Assembly: GCA_002633005.1 (NCBI GenBank)
Contig: NMRA01000002.1
Span: 827,278 to 891,277, forward strand
Length of the DNA stretch: 64,000 nucleotides
Direction of reading: 5' to 3'
From: Phoronis australis
Taxonomy: Eukaryota; Animalia; Phoronida
Numbering within the stretch: the first letter of the stretch is position 1; the number at the start of each line of letters is the position of its first letter. A program made the position numbers and the translations under genes. This document shows positions 25,978 to 39,709 of the stretch, piece after piece. A model generated the notes under the pieces. The model was not told where the DNA came from. It did not search any database and saw only the letters and a program-made list of their open reading frames with translations.

Positions 25978-26698
25978 CAATCAGATGTGTTTTGCCGAGA
26001 ATGCAACGTTTCCTGAACGCAATGACGGTGGAGAACATTTAACGGACAGCATGCGCACACGTGACTCCACTTTTCCGTGTTGGCAAAATGCACATGTTGT
26101 TAGACTTGACGCAACTCAATTCGACTTAGAATGACAAGATTGCGCATCAGTTGATTTTGCTACAAGTCTGCGAGCTCAGCCAGGATAGTTCACAAGCATA
26201 CGGACATTTGGGCACATGACGTGGTTCGTGAAGTTAACTGATAACCGATTTCGAAACGCTTCATGAGAAATCAACGCTGATAAAAGCAGACGACAAATAT
26301 GCTTCACTCCATTCTCGTACACGCGCACATTTTTGGCGCACTGCTGTTAATAGTTTTCTGTCTTATGCACAATATGTCACATACACTGTACCTGGGGATA
26401 GCCAATACTCAGCTCTATGAATTGAACATAAATCCAAGTAAGAATGGCAGAAAAATACCTGCTGAGTGTGTTGGTACAAACCACATTGAATTCCCTTGAC
26501 ATATTTAGGAAACCGTGAACGGTCTTACCGGTTATATTTCGCATCTTTTTATCTTCCTTTCTGCCCTCTTGTAATCTCATATTTTGACCTCAAGACGTCA
26601 TATTATAATAAATAGTGACCCGAACGCCAGCCAATGGGGCAAGTAAATGCTTCTGTTCACAAATTTGCAAATAGCGGAGTGACAAGCGAATAGTAAAA

Positions 26699-26932
26699 CA
26701 TGCGCGAACCCAGCCTAAAATATAGGGGGGGGGCTCGAATTCTTGACAATGAGGACCTTTAAATGACAAAAAACAGGGGGCTAGAAAAAAAAAACGGGGT
26801 ACCACGTTCAGGGCCATGAATTGTGCATTCGCGCCTATTAAGTGAACTTTTGACTCGTTTTTTCGGAATTTATGTTTCTCTGCCCACTTCGCCAAATGGG
26901 GGCTGGTTTGAGCCCCTCTGGGTGCGCGCATG
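26699..26932 (-). mobile_element. MITE family A
   Basis: Ends are catgcgcgaacccag...ctgggtgcgcgcatg, with flanks taaaa and taaat. Confidence 0.85.
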
Positions 26933-28939
26933 TAAATAGTCGACACCGCATACGACGAGTAGCCTACATCGTGACCCTGTTTGCTGGCCATTCAAAACAG
27001 GCTTTTGGTAAAGAGACTGCCAATACTTTCTATCTCACGCACTGTGCTCTACATATCGAAAAGACGTGTTTTCCACAATTTCTTGACGGGTGATATAATT
27101 ATGAAGGTACATGTAGGCATGGTCATAAAGACCTAATGTCCATTTCTCTCTTTCAGTCTCTGAACGTGCTCTCAATAAAAAGGATAGACTGTAAATATTG
27201 CGAATACATAGAATAACTGTAAAGTAATGTGGAAATAAGAGTTTATTTGTAGCGTGATTTTGTGAAAATGAACTCTTCTACCGGGACTCTTCTATGGCTT
27301 AGTAAACGAAAAAACTGAGCTAATTTTCAGTATCGCACTGGACGTGAATATTCACTTGCCACAATAGAATCAGTTCCAATATTGAGTAGTGGAGAGGTAA
27401 CCTGCGATTGAATTGAAGAAGTCAAAATTGGAAGGACCAGTTAGCACTGCTTTCTTTATCGTTTTTGACTTTGAAGTGTTAGACACCAACAGGTATTCAA
27501 TGTTTGCAAGGAAACTTGTATAGTACAATTTTTCAAAATTAATTTTTTTGTACTTTATACACAGTTAAGGGAAGGCAGTTTTAAGTGTTATAATTTTGCC
27601 TGCAGAAGAAAAACAATTAAAAAATAACATGAAATAAAACCACCAAATGAAACAAAATACCGCAAAATTCGAAATCAGAGAAAATGTGAGAGAAAGACTG
27701 AAATACTTAAATGACCATGTTGTGGTGATCCAGGAAAGAAATTACCACCTGGATATCTGTCTTTGCTATTTGTACCTGAACGACACACAGCTGCCCTTGT
27801 GTTAGAAAGCATTAACAGTGGACTGTTTGTTACTTTTGACCATAAAGCATCCATTTCTATGAATGTGTTTGTCAGAGAGAAATTTACACTTGTTACAACA
27901 GACTTTGTTTCCGAAACGACACCAAATTCAGTGAAAGACAGCACAGCACGCACAAAATAGACTTTTTCATTTTTTATTTTCCCAGTTCCAGTGAGGAAGT
28001 AACAGGGGTGTGGTATTCCCCTACCTTACTTCACAATCGTAAAGTGAAATTGACAACACAAATATACAGTGAAATTGATTTTTACAATGATTGACCAACA
28101 GGAAAAAACATAACAACATCACATAAAGTGCTGTATACATTTCTGGGAAAGGAATACGAAAACACCCTTTCCAAAGTAGAGTTTCTCAACCAATCTGGAT
28201 ATTGTTGAATTTTCTCTTGATCCATCTTACTTGATAATTCATATTGGAAATCCTACAGTTTGGGGCAAGTCTCGGGATTTTGACGAAACTTCGTAGAGGT
28301 TTTGCACATGTCATAAACCTAAGACTCGTGTAGGAGTCTATTCACGCGATCGAAATTCGACGTGTGTAGGGTAATATTTGATGTGCAATTCGAGTATGAA
28401 ATGTATGACAATGTTTTAACGTACGGACTCCCAACCCTGTTTAACGGTTGGCTTGCCATCCAACCTGAGGATTGGGCCTGAAACCTAGAAACATTCTTCA
28501 GACTGTATGTTATTGGGTATCGAATGCGTACTCCTAAACGATACCGCGTCGAGTTGCGCAAAAGGCTTTAACTAACCGGCATGCTGTAGAGCATTGTCAG
28601 CGATTCAGCGCTAAAAATACACTGCGACTTCAAAGCAGTATTAAGTGCACGTGATGCAATCTGGTGCCTGGCTGTTGCTCACTCAATGTGCGCGCCTTTT
28701 CTTTGCGTCTGTAATATTTTGATGAATGCATGTATATTAATATGTCTTCACATCGCTCAGTCAAATTTGCACCGAGAAAGTCTTATCAAAGGTACCCGAT
28801 ATATGTAGTCTATGGTCAAATCTATTCATAAACACATAGCATATCATAGCATTAGGTAGCCTTGGTGCAAAGCTTTATAAATATTTGTCTTGGTGCAAAG
28901 TAACCTTGGTGCAAAGATGTGTACTAAATATTACCGCTT

Positions 28940-29150
28940 TGCGCCGATGTGGATAAAAAGGGCTGAATAAAATCTGACACAAAATAAGATTTATTAAAAA
29001 CTGGACTATTCCTTGAGTGAACAAAATTATTTACCGGTGTTGGAAAAATTGCTGCTAAAGTTGTGGAGCGATCTTTTACATCGGCTTTCGGTGCCATGAA
29101 GTATTGCGTCACCTATTGACTAGTTTTTTTTCGCCTATTCTTCAATCAAC
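28940..29150 (+). repeat. Dispersed repeat also at 29645-29850, 30581-30790 and (reverse) ~47210-47285
   Basis: The block cgccgatgtgg..aaatctga..ttgag..ggtgttggaa..tgtggagc.atc..ctttcgg..cctatt is shared among the copies. Confidence 0.65.
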
Positions 29151-29251
29151 TGTTGTTCTTTCACGAGGTTGCGTACACGCCACAACAAATTATCGGAACT
29201 GGTTTCACTTCGTTAGGAGTTTTTAGAACTGTCATAACAGCAAAACGAATT

Positions 29252-31108
29252 TCAGAGCAAATTTTGCTCGTGTGAAGGTTTCATCATCTCCCGAGAGATG
29301 TCGCAAAAGTGTAGGGAATGGCACGTGCGCGTTTTACGAGCGCACTGTTTTCTAAACGACGGCATACTTTTCTTTGTTACAAAAGGCGGAAAATACGCAA
29401 GAGAATCTCGTAATTAGATTGTTTTTCACTTAAACGGCTGTAATGGGCAAGGTGAGTGTCGGTTGACTCCCAGATTTGCATGCTCCCCTACTAGTCTTTA
29501 ACTCTACATGTTTGATACTAGTTTCACGGCGATGTGGCAAGCAGAACTACTCGGGCTGTGTGCGCTGAGAACACACAATGGTTCCTAACTGTATTTTGAC
29601 GATTATCTTCATACAGCTGGCAGGCTAGCTGCGCAATTAGTTTCGCCGATGTGGGTAAAAACTGGCCAAATGAAATCTGAAAAGTAACGTCATTCAAACA
29701 ACATTCTTCTTTGAGAAAAACTGAATTAGTTACGGGTGTTGGAACGACTGGCGTTCTTCCGGTATTTTTGCTGCTTTGTGGAGCAATCATACTGTATGTG
29801 TCAACTTTCGGCCAGGAACTATAGCGTAGCCTACTGGCCAGTTTCATTTTTCAATCAATTGCAAGTTTGCGTGCATGAAAAACGATCTAATAAATGTCAT
29901 AGTCTTGCATAATGCTCCGCCTTTTGTAACAAAGAAAAGTCTGTCGCCATTTTGAAATCAGTATTACAAAACGTTTGCGGTAGCGGGTATATTGCTGAGT
30001 AGATGAAGCAAACGAAATACGGACACGTCATAACTACACAAAGAGTGATGACGCATCATTTCAGCTCGCGTAATCAGCCATCTGCGAAATCCCTTTATTG
30101 ATAACACGATGTTAGAATTCTTATCTAACATAATAATATTGCACCTATATAAATAAAAAGGATGCACTGGGNTCAGAGCAAATTTTGCTCGTGTGAAGGT
30201 TTCATCATCTCCCGAGAGATGTCGCAAAAGTGTAGGAAATGGCACGCGCGCGTGTTACGAGCGCACTGTTTTCTAAACGACGGCATACTTTTCTTTGTTA
30301 CAAAAGGCGGAAAATTACGCAAGAGAATCTCGTAATTAGATTGTTTTTCTCTTAAACGGCTGTAATGGACAAGGTGAGTGTCGGTTGACTCCCAGATTTG
30401 CATGCTCCCCTACTAGTCTTTAGCTCTACATGTTTGATACTAGTTTCACGGCGAAGTGGCAAGCAGAACTACTCGGGCTGTGTGCGCTGAGAACACACAG
30501 TGGTTCCTAACTGTATTTTGACGATTGTCTTCATACAGCTGGCAGGCTAGCTGCGCAATTGTATACATAATATACAGTTTCGCCGATGTGGGTAAAAACT
30601 GGCCAAATGAAATCTGAAAAATAACGTCATTCAAACAACATTCTTCTTTGAGAAAAACTGAATTAGTTACGGGTGTTGGAACGACTGGCGTTCTTCCAGT
30701 ATTTTTGCTGCTTTGTGGAGCAATCATACTGTATGTGTCAACTTTCGGCCAGGAACTATAGCGTAGCCTACTGGCCAGTTTCATTTTTCAATCAATTGCA
30801 AGTTTGCGTGCATGAAAAACGATCTAATAAATGTCATAGTCTTGCATAATGCTCCGCCTTTTGTAACAAAGAAAAGTCTGTCGCCATTTTGAAATCAGTA
30901 TTACAAAACGTTTGCGGTAGCGGGTATATTGCTGAGTAGATGAAGCAAACGAAATACGGACACGTCATAACTACACAAAGAGTGATGACGCATCATTTCA
31001 GCTCGCGTAATCAGCCATCTGCGAAATCCCTTTATTGATAACACGATGTTAGAATTCTTATCTAACATAATAATATTGCACCTATATAAATAAAAAGGAT
31101 GCACTGGG
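29252..31108 (+). repeat. Near-identical tandem duplication joined by a single N (29252-30171 / 30173-31108); likely haplotype overlap artefact
   Basis: The copies differ by SNPs and a ~15-bp indel. The N at 30172 is exactly at the junction. Confidence 0.85.
29344..29962. mobile_element. MITE-like element with ~60-bp imperfect TIRs (duplicate at ~30265-30899)
   Basis: actgttttctaaacgacggcatacttttctttgttacaaaaggcgga pairs with tccgccttttgtaacaaagaaaagtctgtcgccattttgaaatcagt. Confidence 0.7.
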
Positions 31109-32936
31109 CTTTATTAAATGATTTCCAAGAATACGAGTAATGCTAAGCTAATTAGGAAACCTTGTCAGTGTCAAACGGGTGAATTTTCCGTCGTTAATGC
31201 ATTGTTATTTTCCAGATTCATCCGCTGTCTGCCCACTACTCTTTTACCGGCGTTTCAGTTGAGCACAGCGGCTTGATTGCTTGACAGCTTGTGATCAGAG
31301 GGGTCTGTGTATTGTTACTTCATTTCAGGTTGCAATCTGGTTCTGCGTATGATTTCATTCCAGATTCCAGTGGTTTTAGCCTTTGGAAACATGCTTTAAG
31401 TGCAAATTGGGCCCATACATTGTTCTTTCATTTCAGGTTCCATTCTTTTTTAACCTGGAGTCTGGAACATCGAAAGGGTTCCATATTTCAAGTTCCAGTT
31501 TTATTCAAGTTTAACCAAAGTGGAAAGGTTAACTCCCGTAGTTAAACTTCACGCAAGCGAAACTTTGCTGAGAACAGTAAGATGTAAACGCAAAATTCAG
31601 TACTGCTAAAACCTCGGTGTGATGCGAAAGTTCAGTGCGAAGCTTCGGCGAAGTTATCGCTAGAGGTCGTGACCGTGATGTGCAGTCACGTGAGTCTCCC
31701 GCAAGTTTCCTAATGAGACAGCAACTTTAATCCGTCACGGCATGGCAACATGAAACCTGTTACCTTGAGTTGTATATCAGGTCCATTGGGCCAAATACTG
31801 CGTAATAATGCGTACGTAAAACATGATTTCCTATCACACATGTTACGTAATAATGTTGTCCGCCAGGGGCTCCTAGGTCATATCAATTGCGCTGATTCAT
31901 GTTATTATGTGTTTTATTTTTTTACAATGTGTTGGAAGACTTGGATTTAAAGCCATTTGTAATTTTATTACTTGCTGGCCAAATTTGATGTTTTTAAACC
32001 GAACTGTAGGTATTTTTTAAAAAGAAAGACAGGTTCACCCAACTATAATAAAAAAGTAGGAAGAAACAATATTTCAGCGATATGGTCTTGTAAGAATATT
32101 TTTGACGTGAGCCAACCAAACCCAACGTTATGCTCTATCAACATTCACAACTGACAATATAGGGCAAAGTTAAGATTTGCGCGAGATCAAAGCAATAGGC
32201 CGGTGGGTGGGTTTCTAAATTCGCCGCACCACTTCGCCAAGTGCACACTTTCATTGATTTCGGTTTAATTAACCAATAAAACTTAAAGTTGTCGTGACGT
32301 CACCAATAATTTATTGATTGCCGGGACATTGTAAACAGCATCGTGAAGATTGAAATTATGAACCAGGTACTAGGCATAGATCGATAGTGAGATAATGAGA
32401 CCACTGGGACCTAGAACCTGGAAATTTGTTAGCTGTTCTATGTTTCAGGTAGTGTCTCGCAACTCACAAGTTGTATGACATATCTGACATTTTCCTGTTA
32501 CAAGAAACCACGAAAATTTCCTACGAACACAAGTTTACAAATGCTGACGTTACTGGAACTTGAAATTAAATAACAATGCAAGTTCCTTTGAGGTTTCTCT
32601 GCACTCGCATGTCGTAAGGCAATTAAATATCAAGTATAAGCAGTTAAAATAGTTCAAGTTGCACCAGTCTTAATGTTGTGTCGGAAAATGATCATTGTTA
32701 CCTGGTTTGACATACTTATGGCGTTGCCACGAATTTTTGGCTTACGCTGCTCAGTTTTCTTCTTCCTCTCACGGCTAATTTTCTTGTTCTGCTCGATAGG
32801 TTTTCGTGTGCTCCCAGTCATTTATCACGTGCCTACGGAAAATGTGTGCATGTTGTTATTGTTTACTTCCGGGTGATCAAAGGTCTAAAGTTACAGGTCA
32901 TGCCTCTCAAGAAATGAGGTGCATGGAAAGTCAAAG

Positions 32937-33140
32937 GGGAAAAATCCAGCACACAAATGTTTTCTATTCAAGAATTAAATTGTCTGCAGGACCAAAAATG
33001 TACTCAAAATCAGAATTTATTGCGACTGGACCAATGTTTAACACGCCAAAACCGAAAATGTATCACGACAGGACCGAAAATTTATCAGGCCAGGACATAA
33101 AATTTATGCCAGAACATAAACTTTCATGCCACGAGATCGC
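32937..33140 (+). repeat. Left arm of a long inverted repeat (partner 35790-36017) with ~21-bp caggacc-aaaattt subrepeats
   Basis: cacaaatgtttctattcaaga..ctgcaggaccaaaaatgtactcaaaatcagaatttat matches the reverse complement of 35935-36003. Confidence 0.75.
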
Positions 33141-33449
33141 AAGCACGTGACCATGAACATGTGGACATCATTCGTTTGAAGCAAGAAGACCAAGAATGAT
33201 GCCGACCCGAGCCTAGTTTGTCCAAGTGTCTATTGACTTCTGTTGTAAAACGTGGAAGACAAATGTAGAAACATAACCTCATTGTCACGATAATGTGACT
33301 GTTATCGTAAATAGATTGTTGAACGCTTAGCCCTTGTGTAGGCCTACCTATAATACCGACGTCATCTCTTGGTGGTTACGAGCTAGCTTATGGATGACCA
33401 AGTCGTCTTCTGTGCCTGGTTGTAGGAAAAAACCGAAATAAGGACTTAA

Positions 33450-35419
33450 AGGAGAATGCCACCCGATATAATTAGTCTTTCTACCGTCTTTATCGGTCTA
33501 TATCCACATCACCTCGTATACGGTAGATCTTACCTCGCCGAGAGGTGTCGCATAAACCTGTGAGGAAGGTGAGAAACGACGCAGTGACGTCAGTGGTTAT
33601 TCTGCAGAGTGAGTGCCGCTATGGTATGGTGTATCGTTCACAATTGTGCGAACTATGAAGCTGCGAGGAAAGCGGGTATATCGATTCAATTTCCTCGAGA
33701 GCCCGTTATGCTTCGGGAATGGCTCGCGGTAGTGAAGAATGAAAAGTGCGCCATTAATACCAAGTATGAGGCAGTGAATCTTCTCTATGTCTGCCAGTGG
33801 CCTGTATTTCGTCAGATCGCAGGGTTGTTGATCAATTTTTGATTATGGAGAATTGTGGCTGGCCATGAAAACATAAACAAATGCAATTAATTCAAGGCGT
33901 GAGAACATAACGTTTTATATCACCTGTTTGATAACTGACTCGTTCGTGAGGCTTCTCTTTCAGTTTGTCCGCTGGGTGTAGGATGTTTTCCCCAGTTCTT
34001 TTTCTCAGCCCTAAAAACGTTGTAAGCACACCTCTGTTTAGATGAGTTTCAAAATTAAGATGGTCCCTCGAGACACGTCTGCGCTTCTCCAAGAAGGCGT
34101 TTCAATTTGCGGAATTTCTTGGCAGTAAACGCAACCGTCAGTCGTTTCCATTATCGTGCAGTTAGCTCACTGACACCGTGACAAGTCATTCAAACGGTTT
34201 TCGAAACTATTCATATGTTCCATTGTCTGTGCATGTTCACGGTGCCTCTCTATTATTTTTTGATCAGTGCATTCCCGTTCGAACTGCTAGCCTGTGAAAC
34301 CTAACGGTCGACCTGTAAGGTCTTCGTCGGATGAGCACTGTCGGGATTGCGAGTTGACACGTTGACGTTTATTATTGTGCGTTCTGTTTCAAAATGAATT
34401 CTCACCCTAACCAATGCTTAATATAAAACTGAAACAAACTGTGTTTCATTAGATACAATTTGTTAAGCCTGGGAGTGTTCGTGAATGCAAATGTTTTGAA
34501 AAGCCAGCAATGAATAAATCACCGCGTTACCGGCTTCAGATGCAATAAACTAATTGACCGGGCACCGAGGCCGTGTGAGCGCATGCTAATTCAGTGTTTG
34601 CTGACAGAAAACTGTTGTGAAAAAATAGCACACTTTAATATCGTATGGTCAGATATTAGGTGAATCTTTAATCAGGTATTCATATACATTTTTCGAATCA
34701 TTGTTATTGTAAATCTTTTGCCCTGACGGTTGAAGGGTAACCTGACTTCGCGGCCCCCGTCAAGCTAGTAAGTAAATTTGCAATTTCGCAGCTAATTCAC
34801 CAAAATGATAAAGGGCACAATTTTCTTTGGATCACTAGTGTAGTCTTTTCGTTACAGGAAGTTTAGTTTCCAAGTTTGGCTGGTTTATGTTAGTGATGTC
34901 TTCCGTCTGGCCGCGATAAGCCTGATCGGGTTCCGCGCCTCTGCCCAGTATAGCAAGCGTTTTGTGTGTTTAGAACTGAAAACAAATCGCAATTAAGTCT
35001 AAAATTACAACACACAGCTACGTTCTCCTGTCTGCATTTTGCGGATGAATAATTTGATTTTATCACCTAACAGATCCCAAACTCCTGCGACCGAACTTGG
35101 TAAATTGGCCTACCAAACTTTGTAGGCTACGGCACGTTCAAATACACGTTTGTTCGACAACTCGATATATTTTATGGGTTTTACATCGAATTTTGATGAT
35201 TTATTGGTGTAAAACGATGAATTCAAGCGATATGCTACACCAGTAAAAGTGTTGTGAACTGCTGAAGTCACTACATTCGAACCTCTGACGTCATTGGTTA
35301 ATTTCAACACCTCCGTCTGCCGTCAGGTGTCAGGTAAAAGAGCTGTACTTGCTGTTCTCGAGTGGAACTACTCGCTCTAAAAGGATACAAACTAGGTTGT
35401 TTTTGGGTGGCATTCTCCT
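33450..35419 (+). mobile_element. Non-autonomous Kolobok DNA transposon (1970 bp)
   Basis: TTAA flanks both ends (33446-33449, 35420-35423). The perfect 15-bp TIR is aggagaatgccaccc/gggtggcattctcct, with purine-purine termini. A THAP remnant lies near the 5' end. All of these are Kolobok hallmarks. Confidence 0.85.
33621..33775 (+). pseudogene. THAP domain N-terminus of the Kolobok transposase (truncated)
   Basis: gccgctATGG start; MVWCIVHNCAN..AGISIQFPREPVMLREWLAVVK has the THAP C-x4-C, FP and W. The CS.HF motif and the DDE domain were not found. Confidence 0.7.
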
Positions 35420-35789
35420 TTAACTAAGTTCCTTTAATCGTTAGATGTATTTTTTATTATTTTATTTTTATTATGAGTTCTTCTTTGACTAATTTGACAG
35501 TTTTTTATAAGATAACCAAAATCTCAGCCCTTATACCAATGATAATAACTAGGCCCTTAGTGCTTACATTTGAGGCGTTGCAAGAGAAGGCCTTTTCTTA
35601 TTTTCAAGAATATTGAGAATTCAGCATAGAATTCACTCTTGCTTTGTATCATTGCCAACCGTTGACTTGCTAATGAAACTAAAACTGCATACAAAGAACA
35701 ACCAGTGTTTGTATGAACCCACAAGTACGTATTAGCGTCAGGGACTTTGGTTGGGTCCTTATTTGGGACTGTTTCGTGCAACCGGACAC

Positions 35790-36017
35790 TGACATAAAAC
35801 TTTTTCTGACGTGAAATTTTCCTGACCTTAAATTTTCGTTCCTGGCATGTTAAATTTTGGTCCCGATGTGCTAAATTCACAGTTCTGACGTGTTACATTT
35901 GGTCCTAGCATTATAAATAACATGTCCTGGCGTGATAAATTCTGCTTTTGAGTAAATTTTTGGTCCTGCAGGGATTTTAGTCTTAAATAGAAAATTTGTG
36001 TCCCGGAATATTTTTCC
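35790..36017 (-). repeat. Right arm of a long inverted repeat (partner 32937-33140)
   Basis: It is the reverse-complement homolog of the left arm. The ORF track shows the paired peptides IKLSAGPKMYSKSEFI and TKIPAGPKIYSKAEFI. Confidence 0.75.
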
Positions 36018-36514
36018 GCTTCGCCTTTTTATGGGGATGAACCCCGTTTGGTTTCCACGTGTGAACATAACGGAGAGTGATTGCCACGAATGATATTCAG
36101 TTAGTTCTCTGAAGATGTTTGAGTAAAGTAGACCACCCGTTTGGTTTCTGCCGGTTCTGCTTTAATTGGATCTGGAAACTCCACAATTGTGAAAGCAATT
36201 CCTTGATCAGTCCGATTTTTTGTTGTAAATTCAGACATGAATACTTCAGACAAATGAAAAGTTAAAAAATGCATGTTTGGTAATGACATGATATAGCCTA
36301 AATCCCTGAAATGGGGAGGTCCAGAGCGATTGGAGTTCCAAACAGAGAAATGCAGTTTCATAACTTATCAAACAGAAATTTGTACCACAAATTACGACTA
36401 GTGTTCCGTAAGGTTCGATACTGGGTCCCGCACTCCCCTTGTTAGTTTATACAAATGCTACATTTATCCACTTCTAATTACTCATCTTAACATTAACACT
36501 CACTCCTCAGTAGC

Positions 36515-36830
36515 CACTTCAACTTTTGTAAACAGAGAACTTTCACATTTAAATACCTGGCGGATAGCAAACAAACTCTGAGTGCACTCGTCAAGCAAAC
36601 ACATGCCTTATAGTTTTCCTCAGAAACACCTCAATGAGCAGCACATTCCAGCACCACAAATCATCAACAAATCAATCACTTATGTCGAGATGCTTAAATT
36701 TTTAGGATTACACTTAGACGCTAACACATATCTTGGAACATATACAGAGAACAACAAGTGAAACCGTTAAAGCATGTGGTGTATTGAACAAACTGAAAGG
36801 AATATTTCCTCACCGTGTTAATTTTTGACT
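36515..36830 (+). mobile_element. CR1/L2/Crack LINE reverse-transcriptase C-terminal remnant
   Basis: VNRELSHLNTWRIANKL* and VEMLKFLGLHLDAN match the N.EL..W..ANKLSLN and KFLG..LD.NL.W motifs. Confidence 0.7.
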
Positions 36831-37782
36831 AGATTATTTGCGTCATTCATGCATTTCGATTACCTTACGAACTTCAAAGTCGCTATATATCATGTAAATC
36901 ATCATCTATTGCTGGATACATCAATTTTCTTCGCAGACGTATTTTATCTTGCAAAGTAACGCTTTCGTATTATTATTCTTTGTTCGAGTCAAAATTGGCC
37001 TAAAAATTACCTGGAATTCCCGTAACGTCTTTAATACGTTAGCGACTAAAACTTGCCGTGACAAGCTAGTTAATAGGCCTGGGGCCCGCTCCAAGAAAAC
37101 TAACTTAACTAAGACAAATCGTAAATCTCAGTCAATTTTAAGATAAAATTTCAATTTGTCTTAAGTACGTTCCAAGAAAGTGATCTTAAGTTTGACGTAT
37201 TAATTTTATGTCTTAAGTTTTGTCTTAAGTTGGAGTAAGTTACTGGATGTGGAAGTTTTGAATTTGGATGTTGAGAAAAAATCTTAGACATACGACTTGC
37301 CCACATATCGGTTGATCCTGCCTGTTTAGTATAGTCCCGATGCATCTGGGATACCATGAGTATTTTTGTTGCCTGAAATTATCCCCTGGAGGTGTTTTGT
37401 ATCTATCCGTGTGGGAACTTCAGTCACTGAATTAAAATTGAATTCGTAATAAGCCAACACTAACGTCCATTGTTTTACTTGATCTCTACATGTGGTATTT
37501 TCAGACATCAGAGATAAAAAATGCCGAGTGACCATTTCCGCTTTTAATGACTCGTGGCTTCAATTTTCTTCTTTCTTCCTCCTAAATTGTTTTTTGTTCA
37601 ACAATTTTTGAGCTGACTCCGGAAACAAAATCCAGTTCTACGACATAAGCAGTCTCGTGGTCCCGCCACCTGGTGACAGCTACACCAAATGATTTGACTG
37701 AACATCGAGAATCCTGTCGGCGAATGCGCCGGAATACGTCTGTACATGTAGTAACATGCATAAGGTTATGTCGGATCCTAGA

Positions 37783-38090
37783 TAAATGTCCAAACTTGGA
37801 AAACTTCGGAACGTCATATCTCAGAAATGTCGCTGATCGTATTCATATTAAACTAAGATATAATTCTTTATGTACACAGATCCTTCAATACGCTATTAGG
37901 AATTGTTATTAGAATTCTCCGCTTTTGCATGCGAGGATAATAAAACTAAGACTTTTATAAGTTTCAAGAAAAAAATGAAAAGTTGCATAAAACGAAAACG
38001 AAATGACGTTTTTGAAAACTGCAAATATCTCTTGAGATTTTATATTGAACATTTCTCAAATGCAAATGGTCGTGCAATTGATACCGTTGT
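37783..38090 (+). repeat. Dispersed repeat, second copy at 61717-62050
   Basis: aaatgtccaaa.ttgg.aaa.ttcggaac...gatcg..ttcttta...ttttgcatg is shared by both copies. Confidence 0.7.
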
Positions 38091-39709
38091 CTTGCTATCG
38101 ATTTTTTCTTTTTTGCTAAATTTTAACCAAAACGACGTGGTTACTTGACCTAACTACTAACTGGTTGTTAAAAAGTCAAAAAAGAATTTAAAGGCTTTCC
38201 GCTTTCATAAAATATGCACGTTTACTGATTTAAAGTTTATAGTTTTGTAGATATTTAGCTATATTAAGTTAATACAAAGACATTTCGAAAAGATCTTCAT
38301 AATCCTAAACAAGAGTTTACCAGAAGGCAGCCTTAGGACTGAGAATAATCAACACTCATTGAGCACGTATTGGCTTGAGCAATGTTTTTTTCATAAATTA
38401 TCCATCTTTTGACGTACAATGCTATCTAGCGCTCTCTGGACTTCAATTATTGTACGTTATATATCGTTCGTAATAAGCATTAAAATAAGTCGAAAGCATC
38501 CTTAAGGTATGACCAAGAATGCGTATGTTTGGTTCGTGGTCAGTGAGCATTGACCTTTTACTTTCAACACATGACGTGGCTCGCGACTGGTTTATGCGTC
38601 TTCAGGTAAACCAAATTTATTCAGGTTATAGGTCAAGTATGACACAATATTTTAGCAATGAACCCGGGCTGGGTTTTAAATTCATCGCGGAAGCCACTGC
38701 TACAGCTGTACTGAGAGGGAACTTTCTTCGAATTGTAAGTAAAGGATTTTTTCAAGTCCGTTCAATCATACGAAATACAATTGTGAAAATTGTTACAGGT
38801 GAGGCGCCGTTAACCGATCAGACACGTGTTTGTTTTTGCATATACGTTGTAGGCTACATGTACATTTAGCCAACTTGTGTTAGCAGAGCAAGAAAAATGA
38901 ACTAAAATTTACACCTTTTTCATGGAGATTGACGAAACACGAACATGTGCAAATCTAGTGAAGAACAATGTTTTTAACAATGGTTTCACAGATCATTAGA
39001 CTAGACATGCCTGGCCTAGTTTACGTTCATGACGGTTTGTACTTGGCTGATGAAATGTTGACAAAAATTTGAAAGTTGCAAGGTTTTTACTCGTTATCGT
39101 CGATTTTGAAGGTTGGTCTGAACCATAGCCTTTAAACGGAAGATCTACGTGTACGTGACTATAGTAGACGTGGTCGGACTGTTCACTGTGTTGTTCGTAG
39201 CTAAGTCCAAGCACGTAAAATTATATTTCTGCGTATGCAGTACTTAAACTACAACAGTTATAGTTGTAAAGTACCTTTAACACCATACGAGACCGAACTA
39301 TTTGTTTGAGTCAGTGAACAGGTTGAAATTGTGACAGTTATGGCTAAACTTGTTGTTCTCACGCGACATCAAATTGCTCAATAACATTACGGGAACGCGC
39401 AAGTGTGCATACCTTTCTGTATGTGAATAAGATGTGTTGTGTACTAGTAAGACGTTCGTACATCTTTGGTACTTCGGTAACGCGAGTGCACGGGGTTATC
39501 TATTCACCATACACAATCAATACATGATAAGTATCTTTGACCATTAAAGCGTCATAAATAATATGGGGAATTTGTCATCATTCAAAGTATTCCCATTAAC
39601 AAACTGAGCTAATGAGATACAGCGAGAAATGAGACTTGTCATCCGTGCTATCCAAAAACTGTTGTAATTTGTAGTAGTGACAGGTAAACATATATATCTA
39701 CATCCGGGA

